A stretch of DNA of 64,000 nucleotides from Octopus bimaculoides (lineage: Eukaryota). Location of the stretch: the NCBI RefSeq assembly GCF_001194135.2, contig NC_068983.1, positions 163,636,492-163,700,491 of the forward strand. The letters are read 5' to 3'. Shown here piece by piece: positions 37,601 through 49,288 of this stretch. How positions within the stretch are numbered: the first letter of the stretch is position 1; each line of letters begins with the position of its first letter. The position numbers and the translations under genes are program-made. A model generated the notes under the pieces. It saw only the letters and a program-made list of their open reading frames with translations, did not search any database and was not told where the DNA came from.

Positions 37601-38103
37601 GGTAACAATAACTAAATGGGAAGAAATAACTAATTAGAAAGTAATTCGGGAGAAGAGTAAAGCGAAGGAAAGAACCGCTGGTCTTTTTCGTTTGTTCAAG
37701 AACAAAAAAATAAAAAAGACACAATTACTTAATCCCAGATGGGAAAAACCTGTGCATCAAGACGTAGGTTATTTAGTCATCAGTGAATCCATAACAAGGC
37801 AAGTATGATGAATAGCCATCACAGCAAACAATGATCATGGCAATGACTGTTTGTTGGATCGTATTAGTTTTGGTACGTGATTGCTTGTTTTGTTCTACTT
37901 TGTGTGTTTTGTTTTTGTAACAGTTCTTTCTTCCTTCCAATGACTTTGTGCTGTTCATAGTTTTTTATGACTGCTGCTCGACGCTCTGTGAACACTGTAA
38001 AGACTGTTGGAAGTGACACGGACTTGTTATTTTTGGGTCATTTCTAGAGAAATTATAGCCAGCATGTGTAAAGAAACAATTGGATCGAAGACAAAAATGG
38101 GTA

Positions 38104-38159
38104 ATGAGTGTATATGTCATATTTCGGGGGTGCGGGGTTGACCCTTCATCAGCACCCAT
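38104..38159 (-). ncRNA. Type I hammerhead ribozyme motif, intact core
   Basis: Minus strand reads atgggtg-CTGATGA-a-ggg(tcaaccccgcacc)ccc-GAA-ATAT(gac)ATAT-A-cactcat. Stem I is 7 bp with one GU, stem II is 3 GC pairs, stem III is near-palindromic, and the triplet is AUA. Confidence 0.65.
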
Positions 38160-38224
38160 CTAATCCATTCTCACCTCCGAACACATTGCTTCTATAGCTG
38201 CCGCTTACAGCGAGAGTGAGTTAG

Positions 38225-38276
38225 ATGGGTGCTAATGAAGGGGCAGCGACCGCCGAAATATGGCATGTACATTCAT
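38225..38276 (+). ncRNA. Hammerhead ribozyme motif with a G5A core mutation (inverted partner of 38104-38159)
   Basis: Reads atgggtg-CTAATGA-a-ggggcagcgaccgcc-GAA-ATATG(g)CATGT-A-cattcat. Same architecture as the left arm; core CTAATGA is likely inactive. Confidence 0.55.
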
Positions 38277-39134
38277 TACCCATTTTGTCTCATTCTTTGT
38301 TGAAATCTTACATCTTGATACGAAACATTGTAGCAACAAAAAAAAAAATCACAAAAAAAAAGAAATCACAAAAAAAAAAATCACAAAAAAACCCTCAAAA
38401 TAATATAAAGAGCACTGCTAACACAGTAGGACGTGGTGTTGACTTATAAAAATATTTAATATATTTTATAGGATATCATGGTTGCATAACGAAATACCAC
38501 ATGCCTACAAGTCATTAATACTACATTGTATACAGCATGTCTGTACTCGTTACTTATACATTTCCTATGTCATCTAGATGCTCTGTTAGACATTTTCTCT
38601 GTTACCTTGACACGTTCTAAATATGTCTTTCATCGTTTTTCTTTCTTTCCTATTTATACGATGTTTTATGAATGTCTTGGTGTTATTTTAACACTTATCA
38701 TTCTTAATCTTTATGGTTGCTTATATTTTTTGTTCTCTGGTGTTGTTGACGCGAATCAGTTTCTTTTTTTCAGTATGTTGTTCTAGAGCAAGCGTTCTGT
38801 CGTACAGTGGGAACAATGGTGTAGCTTTGTCCGGGAAATGGCAGCTGGATACAGATCTAATATGATTTTGGGACGAAGGTGTATATCTCGTGTATATATT
38901 GAAGATATATTTCTGTGTTTATCTGTGTATGGAATAAAAATATGAATGACAAACCGAATCCTGGTGGTATACTTTTCAGAAATGCTGTTAAGACAGTTGA
39001 CAATGACCTGACAACCTAACAGCTAGGCTACTAAGCGTTGTTTTCTACTGTATCTTAAGATTTTGAGTACTTTATGTATCAATGAATAGGGGACAGAATC
39101 GAAAAGTCTGCTGCTATCAATAAGAGGCACTTCA

Positions 39135-39330
39135 AAGCGGTGAGCTGGCAGAATCGTTAGCACGCCGGGCGAAATGCTTAGCGGTATTTCATCTACCGCT
39201 ACGTTCTGAGTTCAAATTCCGCCGAGGTCATCCTTTCGAAGTCGATGAATTAAGTACCAGTGAAACACCTGAATCGATGTAATCGACTTATCCAAAATGT
39301 GCTGCCCTTGTGGCAAAATTTGAAACTATT
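39135..39330 (+). mobile_element. SINE family A
   Basis: gcggtgagctggcagaatcgttagcacgccgggcgaaatgcttagcggtattt... Confidence 0.9.
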
Positions 39331-39657
39331 AATAAGCACTTCATTCGGAGCTCTGTTAAACATCAGGATTTTGAAAAGGTTTTCTTATTTCCAAATTGTG
39401 TTTAATTTTACACTTTACATTTCATCTGATTATATATTACTATTCTTCCCCCGTTTGCAACAGATTATATTTGTGCCTTTGCCATATATTAAGGAGTCCA
39501 AGTTTCAATGTACATAAAAACCCTTATAAATTCTTATACAGAGAGAGACACCGTTTTTGTCCGATTTCATACAACTGACAACGCATATCGCAAAAACAAC
39601 TTTCTTGTTTATGAACTGACTTTCTGCAAATAATGGACTGCACAATATACATTTGAT

Positions 39658-39696
<39 letters not shown>

Positions 39697-39728
39697 GTCC
39701 GTCTGTCTGTCTGTCGAACTGTCTGTCC

Positions 39729-39768
<40 letters not shown>

Positions 39769-39839
39769 GTAGACTACGCTTTTCTTGATGGTGATTGGTC
39801 TCTTTCATTGTTTGAATTGTATATTGGTGGTTCTTCTCT

Positions 39840-39879
<40 letters not shown>

Positions 39880-40074
39880 AGATGACATCCATTTCAAGTA
39901 AAGTTATACAGAAGTTAAAGTGAAACACAAACGACATTAAACTCTCCATTCCAGGAAAGTTTACAAGAAATTATTTAGCTCAGGCTTCTTAACTCTCAAA
40001 CTTGATAATAAAAATATACACACAAATATTGAGGATGATGGATCTGAAAAACATTAATGGGCATACGAAGCTTG

Positions 40075-40430
40075 TATGTATGTTTATGAAGCTCGCATTG
40101 CAACAATGCGGTCCCAGGTTCAATCCCACTGCGCAACGTCTATAGCAGGCGTCTTTTATTATAGACCCGAGCAGACCAATACTTTTTGTGTGAATTTGAT
40201 TGTCTGGAACTATGTGGAAGCCCGTTGTGTGTGTGTACATATGTGTGTGTGTGCGTAAGAATATCTGTGTGTATTTTTGTTTTCCCTCGCCATTTAGTTG
40301 TTCGGCAACACTGAACAAGAAAATAAGTACCTGACTTATAATTACTGGAGTCTACTTGTTCAAATACTTGAAGGTGATGCCCCAGGATGGCCGTAGTGGA
40401 ATGACAGACTGAGACAAGTAAAATATATTA
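40075..40430 (+). mobile_element. SINE family B, diverged
   Basis: cccaggttcaatcccactgcg...gtgaatttgattgtctggaac...ggtgatgccccaggatggccgtag. Confidence 0.75.
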
Positions 40431-40611
40431 AACAGCACCCACCCTCCTATTATAGTTGTATGAATCTTACAAAACAAAAATCGTATTTATTGTCGTATTC
40501 ACTACAAAATGTGATACTGTGATATAAGTGGACAAAGTAAGAACCGACTAATTCTCTTGTCCACAAAATGCATCCAACTTCATCTCGTTTATCGATCATT
40601 GAACTCTGCTA

Positions 40612-40772
40612 TCAGCCTTTTACGTTCTGAGGTCAATTTCTGCCGAGGTCGTCTTTGCCTTTCATCCGTTAGGGGTCGATAAATTAAGTACCAGTTGCGT
40701 ACTGGGGTCGATCTAATCGACTGGCCCCCTCCCCCAAAATTTTGGGCTTTGTGCCTAGAGTAGAAAAGAACT
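40612..40772 (+). mobile_element. SINE family A, 5'-truncated short-tail monomer
   Basis: tttacgttctgagg...gtcgatctaatcgactggccccctcccccaaaattttgggc...gtagaaaagaa. Confidence 0.85.
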
Positions 40773-40914
40773 ATGGTATCAGCTTACCTGGATCGAATCT
40801 TGGCTGCGCCCACTCAAATTGAACTTGGGTGTTTGAATAAACCCAAGTTTACGTAACAGCGCAAAATACGTCATAATTTAATTATTTAATTTTTTTTTGT
40901 TTTTTTGATATTCA

Positions 40915-41230
40915 TAAAGCGGTCGTCGAGCTCACAATTACGAGGTAGTGAGTTCGATTCCCGGACCAGGCTGTGTGTTCTGCTTTTGAACAAGACACTT
41001 TATTTTACGTTGTTCCAGTTCACTGAGCTGTAGAAATGAGTAGCGACGTCATTGGTGCCAAGCTGTATCAGCCTTTGGCTTTCGCTTAGATAACATCGGT
41101 GGTGTGGAGAGGAGAGGCCGGTATGCATGGGCGACTGCTGGTCTTCCATAAACAAACTTGTCCGGATTTGTGCCTTGGTGGGGAACTCTCTAGGTGCCAC
41201 ATGGCAATTCATGACTGAAGTGGGTCCTTA
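40915..41230 (+). mobile_element. CORE-type SINE with a different 3' tail
   Basis: gtgagttcgattcccgg...ttgaacaagacactttattttacg...ctgagctgtagaaatgag, then an unrelated tail. Confidence 0.75.
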
Positions 41231-41456
41231 CCCTTTTACCCATCCGGTTAATACAATTATTAAATGTTTAAAGCGGAAGTAGAGATAAAATCCGAACAGA
41301 GTATCCAGCATCGCTTCACAAGAATCAACAGGACTCGATAGTCGTAGCCACACGTACAAACTACCCCTTAGTCTCCTTAAATGATCCCGTCCACACGTCT
41401 GTCACCCTCGACTTCCTGGCGAAGGGAGAGGCTGTTTGAATTCCTCCCTTATTCAT

Positions 41457-41482
41457 GTGACGTCACTTCCCTTCGCTTCCGG
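41457..41482. promoter_or_regulatory. Overlapping CRE/ETS motif plus a second ETS core
   Basis: GTGACGTCACTTCC (full CRE overlapping a GGAAG core), then CGCTTCCGG, in a CpG-containing non-microsatellite patch. Confidence 0.3.
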
Positions 41483-42047
41483 CCTCGCATCACTCTTCTT
41501 TTCCTCACTTCTGACGTCTCTCTGCATTCTTCTAAATATACTTTAGTTCCTGTAAAAGTCTTATGGAATATTCCAAAGTGTATCGCTGAACCAGGCAACA
41601 CAAATTTAACCTTTTATATTTATTCGAGATATCGTTAAGTAAATTCTCAGCTTGTTGGAACCTTTTCTTGTGCGTGCATATGTGTGTGTATGTGTGTGTG
41701 TGTGCATGTGTGTGTGTGTGCGTGCGTATGTATGTGTGTGTGTATGTGTGTGTGTGCGTGTGATTTCTTTAAAATGTCATCACTTAATGGTATTTAAATC
41801 ACCTTCGCTATAGAAGTGTCCGTATGTGTATATATGTATGTATGCATGTAAGTTGTGTGCATGTATCTATGTGTGTTTATGTGTGTGTGTGTGTGTGTGT
41901 GCTTGTGTGTATGTGTATTTATGTGTACGTGTGTAGAGCAATATCGTTTACTTTGGATTTGGTCTCGCAGTGCTCTCGTTTGAAATTAAACACCATTAAA
42001 ACATTGACTTCAGCTTCCCACCTTTCTATAAATCTAATAAATACAAA

Positions 42048-42102
<55 letters not shown>

Positions 42103-42348
42103 AAATACACACTGATATGTCTGTGTGTGTATGTGCCTGTTTACTAATATATAAGGTAGGGCAAGAGAGAGAGAGAAAGAAAGAATTAAAGAAGGAAAAA
42201 AGGATAGAAAGAAGGAAAGAAAGAAAGAAAAAGAGTGCTATGTTTAAGTCAATGACATATACATTACTATTACCTGGCAGGTGATTCGATCCACACACAC
42301 GGTGATGCGTGTGTGTATGTGCGTCTTTGCTTGTATATAATATAGGGC

Positions 42349-42386
<38 letters not shown>

Positions 42387-42532
42387 TAGAGAAAGAAAGA
42401 GAGAAAGAGAGAAAGAAAAAAAGAAACAAAGAAAGAAAGAAGGAAAAAAAGAGTGCATATCTGTAACTCAATGACATATTCACATCACTATACCTTGGCA
42501 CGTGGTTCGATCCTACTGGATAACACCTTTCC

Positions 42533-42554
<22 letters not shown>

Positions 42555-42584
<30 letters not shown>

Positions 42585-43111
42585 AATTATTGAGCGAGTG
42601 AGATGCGCATGCCATTAATATGACACTGGAATACAAATATACGAAGCCCAATATACCCATCATGACTACTCGTCCGATAAGGGTACATCAGTCACATGCA
42701 TCATAACAATATGTGCTCGACATGCTGATCGCATATCAAGATAAACAGCGCATCACCTCGCAGGTGGCGCCCAGTTAGAATTTTCTTCAGGTCCTGTAGC
42801 CCATCCCGCTCAAAAGGTCCTTGAATAAGGGTGTATTAAGGGTGTTGCACGAAAGAATTCCTTTCAACACATGGCTATGATGCTCCACTACTACCTCTTC
42901 TCGTGGTTAGAGATGCACATATCATCAACCACTAAGGGACATGCTCAACTGGTTAAGATCAAACAACTGACAAGCAAATCTGTGGTATTAAGCAGAATAT
43001 TTGCTGTAGCTCATCTTTCATACCAAGACAAAACAATGTACATGATAACACTTCCAATCAGCTAAGATCAGAAGCCATGAGAGCCACTACCTGGTACTGC
43101 ATCCGGGCATT
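42555..43111 (-). mobile_element. Non-coding ~550-bp element (family D), apparently full length, TAA-type repeats at both ends
   Basis: No ORF and no tRNA head. Homologous to 43662-44108 and 31063-31240. The 5' end ATGCCC follows a TAA run; the 3' end ...CACTCGCTCAATAA runs into (ATG)n. Confidence 0.8.
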
Positions 43112-43114
43112 ATT

Positions 43115-43655
43115 TATTATTATGTGATGAAAACTCACAGCTTATTTTGCTGGGTATGATGGAAAGAGTCAGTTGTCCACAGCCCGCAGACAAAGGAGAC
43201 ACTTGTTTACTGGTCATGCTTCAAGAACCCTGCGAACAATTCTTGCAGTTCCAAGCAATGCTGATTTTTTAGGTGTTCTACCATCACACTTGCTCCAATC
43301 TTTTTCAGCCATTTTAGTAGTCATGTTTCAGCCATGTTGAATGCTAATACTTCCAAGTGCACCAATTACAATTGGTATCGCATCTACTCTCTTCATTGAT
43401 CACAAACTTCGTATTTCCTACTTCAAATCGTCATAGTTGTTTATTTTTTTCTTCTTCTTGTCACTGGGGCAAGCTATGTCGATTATCATACATTTTCTTT
43501 CTTTTTTATTCACCACAACAATGTCTGGTTTCTGATGTCTGGTCAGGTGATCGCACTGGATCAATGCATCCCACAGGATTTTGCAATTTTCATTCTCGAT
43601 GAATATACCCCTTCTGGGGCATGTTCCTACCATGTCTTTGCTCTTTGAACGCCGT
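43115..43655 (-). mobile_element. R4/Dong-like 3' end (RLE domain and 3' UTR)
   Basis: ENENCKILWD...HQKPDIVVVNKKERKCMIIDIACP...NYDDLK. The 3' end TCACA joins (TAA)n. Confidence 0.9.
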
Positions 43656-43661
43656 GATTAT

Positions 43662-44108
43662 TATTATTATGTGACAGAGCAGTCCTTACCATCAAACTGA
43701 CACTGGGGTAAAATATATGAAGCCCTGTATATCCATCATAACTACCCGTCTGATAAGGGTACATCAGGCACATGCATCACAACCATATATGCACAACATG
43801 GTGATCTCATATCAAAATAAACAGCGCATGACCTTGCAGGTGGGACCCAGTTAGAATTTTCTTCAGGTCGAGTAGCCCATCCGCTCAAAAGGTCCCTGAA
43901 TAAGGTTTGTTTAAGGATGTTGAGCAAAATACCAATGTTTCCAAAGGTGAATTAACCAAACTCCAAAAGAATTCCTCTCAACACATGGCTATAATGCTCC
44001 TCCACTACTTCTGCTCGTGATCAGAGATGCACATATCGTCAACCCCTAAGGGTCATGCTCAACTGGTTATGGTCAAGCAACTGACAAACAAATCTGTGGT
44101 ATTAAGCA
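43662..44108 (-). mobile_element. Family D element, 5'-truncated
   Basis: Aligns with 42555-43000. The 3' end is TCACA-(TAA)n and the 5' side abuts (TTA)n(TTG)n(GTG)n. Confidence 0.8.
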
Positions 44109-44130
44109 TATTATTATTATTATTATTATT

Positions 44131-44175
<45 letters not shown>

Positions 44176-44217
44176 GGTGGTAGTGGTGGTGGTAGTGGTA
44201 GTGCTTTCATCATCATA

Positions 44218-44248
<31 letters not shown>

Positions 44249-44555
44249 TAATCCTCATTATTATTGCACGTTCAGCTTTTACAATTCGCTAGTGTTACAT
44301 TCGTGAAAAATAATGTCTTCCCACCTTTAAATGCAGGTTGATTCGGTAAAGTTAAGCATCTTTTCCTTTCTCCGACTGAATATGGAGAAACCGTTGCATG
44401 TGGGAGGTGGAAACGATCTTAACCAATTATTGGTGGGAACATTTTTATGACAATACAAAAAAATACACATTTCCAGAATCAATATTTTCCATTACGTGGC
44501 AATTTGTTTTATTGGACCGAAGAGAAGAGACCAATAGAAGTGGATGAAGATGCAA

Positions 44556-44595
<40 letters not shown>

Positions 44596-44897
44596 AAGTG
44601 TTATATAGAGACAGAGTGTGATGAATAGATAGAGAGGGAGATAGAGAGAAGGGTAGACAGAGGGTAATGTGTGAGAGTGAGAGCTCACCTTGGTATCATG
44701 TTGCTGGATATAAAAGATTCGCTCATTTTGTGTGTAAGCGTGTGTGTATGTGTGCGCGTGAGTGAAAATCTATCATAGAGACTAAGTGTGATAGACAGAC
44801 AGACGGCCAGACAGACAGCTAGCTAGCTAGACAGACAGACAGACAGACAGACAGATAGATATATTAGACAGCTGGCTAGATAGATAGATAATAGATG

Positions 44898-44931
<34 letters not shown>

Positions 44932-45037
44932 CTGATTGATTGGTTCATACAATAACGGAATGATAGTGAGGGAAAATGTAAGATTAAGAAACCATTCACC
45001 TTACTGACATGTTACTGGGTTTAAAAAACCTACCTAC

Positions 45038-45096
<59 letters not shown>

Positions 45097-45211
45097 AACA
45101 ACTGGGGTCAAACTAGAAAGGCTCAAGCTTTATGGTCTCCAACGCCGCCGTGAGCGCTACATCATCTGCATGATGTGAAAAATATTCCATCAGCATCGCC
45201 CAAATGATGTT

Positions 45212-45249
<38 letters not shown>

Positions 45250-45255
<6 letters not shown>

Positions 45256-45551
45256 TGTGTGGTAAGCAGCTTGCGTCCCATGTACATGGTTCCAGGCTCA
45301 GTCCCACTGCGTGGCACCTTGGGCGAGTGTCTTCTAGTACAGGCTCAGGCCGACCAANNNNNNNNNNNNNNNNNNNNNNNNNNNNNNNNNNNNNNNNNNN
45401 NNNNNNNNNNNNNNNNNNNNNNNNNNNNNNNNNNNNNNNNNNNNNNNNNNNNNNNNNNNNNNNNNNNNNNNNNNNNNNNNNNNNNNNNNNNNNNNNNNNN
45501 NNNNNNNNNNNNNNNNNNNNNNNNNNNNNNNNNNNNNNNNNNNNNNNNNNN

Positions 45552-45588
<37 letters not shown>

Positions 45589-45735
45589 TGTGTGGTAAGC
45601 AGCTTGCGTCCCATGTACATGGTTCCAGGCTCAGTCCCACTGCGTGGCACCTTGGGCGAGTGTCTTCTAGTACAGGCTCAGGCCGACCAAAGCTTTCTGA
45701 GTGAATTTGGTAAATGGAAACTGAAAGAAGCCTGT

Positions 45736-45799
<64 letters not shown>

Positions 45800-45900
45800 C
45801 CGGCGTGCTTCTTTCAGTTTCTGTCTACGGAATCCATTCTCCTTGGGCTAAAGTAGAAAGCTCTTGCCCAAGTTTCCACGCAGTGGGCGTGGACCTGGGA
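45250..45900 (+). mobile_element. SINE family B 5' half (duplicated across a gap), followed by an opposite-strand fragment
   Basis: atggctgtgtggtaagcagcttgcg...ctgcgtggcaccttgggcgagtgtcttc occurs identically on both sides of the N-run. Confidence 0.85.
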
Positions 45901-46430
45901 CCAACTTGTTACCGCACAGACACTCCCCGAACCTATTTATCTACTTATTTACTTTCAGATCAGTCTCTAGTGTACTTCAATTCTCATAATGTTATGTTTT
46001 GTAGAGGGCGACTACAGCCCACTTTGGTCGCCCTGTACAAAGCACGACGTTGGCAAAAGTAGAGAAGTGGAGGAGGATGGCATCAGGATCTTTTACCGAA
46101 ATTCTCTAGATTCATGAGCACATTCTGTGGGCCACATCCAAGTTACTGTTGATATGTGCTCTCTCCAGCTTGGGTAGCTCTTTACAGTAACCCCTAAATC
46201 TCTTAACATCAAATTATGGACTCTCCCCTCGAAAACGATATATGACTGTTCAGCTTTTGCCGAACGATATGTTTATAGTGATCAAGTGTACATTAGCTCA
46301 GTGATTCCCCTGTTCGAAAATATAAGGACCCAGAATTTTTGTGTCGTATAGCCAGCTGAAAACGGTGTTTCCTAGTGTAACATTCGTCCCATCCTGTAAC
46401 TGCCACATCATGTTGGCTAATAGACATTAC

Positions 46431-46472
<42 letters not shown>

Positions 46473-47256
46473 ATTGTTTGTATATATGTATGTATATACG
46501 TATGTATGTGTGTGTGTGTGTATATATATATATATACACACACACGTGTATATTTGCAGGTATACGAAAATATTCGCGAAATAATGGCAATGTTTATATA
46601 CACATAACTGGCAAGGCGTTAGCCTGGTGCGTGCGGTTGCTTGTGTACATGTACTTATCTATCTATCTAATTCTGCATTATTCTCTGTTTGAAAATATAT
46701 GTATTTGAATATATATGTATTGGGAGTGCATTTCCGATAACTAGAAAGGGGCAATATAATCGCATAAAACACTTTTAGCCAGCGTTCCTCAGTGGTTACA
46801 TTCGAAATATTACACCGAGACCAATAAAACAATGAATTAATATATGCATATGTGTGTGCGCTTGGCTTGCGCGCGCTTGGCTTGCGCGCGCTTATGTGTC
46901 CTGTTGCTTATTGTTATATTGATAACAATAAACCAGCACTATTCATAACTGAATGTTGGTTACAGGTTTCCAGCAGGACAATTATGCTTCAGCGGCGTAA
47001 ATGGAGAAGTGTTTATGTCTACAGTGCATTCTATTAATTTCAATGCACGCCTGTTCTTCTACTCGAATCTATTCTATATTTTAGCTGTTTTATATTCACC
47101 AGTTAAGTGCAGGTAGACCATAGAATGTTATACAGGTGACAGCTGATTGTCTAACGTTCACAGAATGATACTGTATATGTGCGTGTGTATATATGCATGT
47201 TAGTATGTAGTTGTGTGCACCTGTGTGTGCAGGCATGTGCAGGTGTGTGTGTGTGT

Positions 47257-47291
<35 letters not shown>

Positions 47292-48607
47292 CAAGTGTGT
47301 GTGTGCTTGTATGTATGTATGTGTATGTTTGTAAATATGTGCGTATGTGTGCAGGTGTGTGTTTGTATGAAAGTGTATGCAGATGTGCGTATGCCTCTAC
47401 GTGTGTGTATGTGTGTGCCTCTGTGTATGCATGTGTGTGTGTGTGTGTGAGTGTGTGCCATTGTGTGCAGGCGTGTGCAATTGTGTGTCTTTGTCAGTTG
47501 ATTGTCTAACGCTAACAGTTGAATAGTGTATATGTGCGAGTGTAGGTGTGTGTGTGTAAGTGTGTGTGCTTGTATGTATATACGTGTATGTTTGTAAATA
47601 TGTGCGTATGTGTGCAGGTGTGTGTTTGTATGAAAGTGTATGCAGGCGTGCGTGTGCCTCTGCGTGTGTGTATGTGTATGTGTATGTGTGGTGCGTGTGT
47701 GTGTGTGTGTGTGTCTTTGCTGTTTCCTAGAAGTCATCTTGTTAATGTACTTCACCCATTTAAAGCGTGTCTCCCGTTGAAGCCATTGAACCTGACAGAT
47801 TTAGACGAAATAGATTTCCTCATGTTCGTCGCAGCCAATTGACATTGGCATTGATTTATCATTTACCGAGACCTACGTCTTTATTTTTAACGAGAAGCCA
47901 TGAAAGAAAAAAAGAGAAACTTATCTTTCTCCTTCTTCTTCTGTACGTCTGCAAACATTAATGGTTAGAACTATACGTGTGTGGCTAGATCGTGCCAGCG
48001 GCCGAAAATAGAATTATTTTCCTGGGTATTTTGCGTAATGCGTTCTGAACGTTCATATTATTTAGTACATTAGCGATGTGTACATCTTTCTAGCTGTACA
48101 TTGTCGATTCACTTTAAATATTGGATTTAATATTCTTCAGTTAAGAACAGTATGGACAAATGGTTAACAAGTTCGTCTCGCAACCAGGAAGATGTGCGAC
48201 ATCATAGCAAGGTGTCAGTTGTTTTTTTTCTTCTTTGATACCCACGGGTTGCCTCTTCCTTGTTGGTGAAATTGATGGTGGGGTGGGGGATTCTATACAA
48301 TCCCTGCGGGTGAACTGTATCTGTAACTCAACGGTAAATCTTTGTTACACGCTATGTCACACCGATTGTGCCTCAGAATTACTTTAAGGGTACATATGTC
48401 TGTGGAACTCTCAACCACTTAAATCTTAATTTAGGAGCATGTAACTCAGTTGACCGACCAACAGAATCCTCATCGACGGAGATCCATCTTCGCAATAATC
48501 AACCCTAAATCTTTCTCAGCATTGCTAGAGTCTTAGAGTCTCCATCACTTTCGACGATGAGTATTATTTATTTATTTGTTCAACTTAATTGCAACTCCCA
48601 GAATTAG

Positions 48608-49108
48608 TCCTTTTTTTACTATAGGCACAAGGCCTGAAATTTTGGGGGAGGGGATAAAACAATTACATCAACCCCAGTACGCAACTGGTACTTATTTTAT
48701 CGACCCCGAAAGGATGAAAGGCAAAGTCGACCTTGGGTGAATTTGAACTCAGAACGTAACGACAGACGAAATACCGCTAACGACTCTGCCAACTCGCCGC
48801 CTTTTTTAGGTTCCATTTGATCCAATCGATGGAACAGCAAGCTCATGAAATTAAAATGCATGTGGCTGAGCACTCCACAGACACGTATACCCTTAACGTA
48901 GTTCTCAGAGAGATTCAGAGTAACACAAAATGTAACAAGGCGGGCCCCCATTGAATTACAGGTACAACTCATTTTTGCCAGCTGAGTGGACTAGAGCAAC
49001 GTGAAATAAAGTGTCTTGCTTAAGGACACAACGCGTCACCGGAAATTGAACTCAAAACCTTACAATCGTGAGCCGAATGGCCTAACCACTGAACCACGGG
49101 CTTTCACA
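48608..49108 (-). mobile_element. SINE family A (48608-48802) adjacent to CORE-type SINE family C2 (48810-49108)
   Basis: Reverse-complement matches to both families. Confidence 0.85.
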
Positions 49109-49109
49109 A

Positions 49110-49237
49110 ACTCCTAGAATTAATGTCTGTATTCTGCAGACCTGTGGGGTCGAATGAGTGTAACAGTGTGTGATGGGAGATATTTGAATTACAGGTGGAG
49201 TCCAAAGAGAGGAAGGGGAGAGACAGAGGAATGAGAA

Positions 49238-49288
<51 letters not shown>

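Larger units (their letters stand above)
38089..38290. repeat. Inverted repeat with ~72-bp arms and a 57-nt spacer
   Basis: agacaaaaatgggtaatgagtgtatatgtcatatttcgg...cccttcatcagcacccatctaa vs ttagatgggtgctaatgaaggg...ccgaaatatggcatgtacattcattacccattttgtct. Confidence 0.9.

Noticed and set aside
42270-42281. U1 snRNA 5' end match (TTACCTGGCAGG)
   Set aside because: Only 12 nt, the rest of U1 is absent, and it lies in a decayed SINE-head-like stretch.
43040-43111. HDV-like ribozyme at the 5' end of family D
   Set aside because: Hairpins are present, but I could not assemble P1/P1.1/P2/P3 with the required L3 and catalytic C. A descriptor search on the consensus is needed.
45226-45690. Tandem duplication of a SINE-B 5' half
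   Set aside because: The copies are identical on either side of an N-run and both start in (TA)n, a typical scaffolding overlap artefact.
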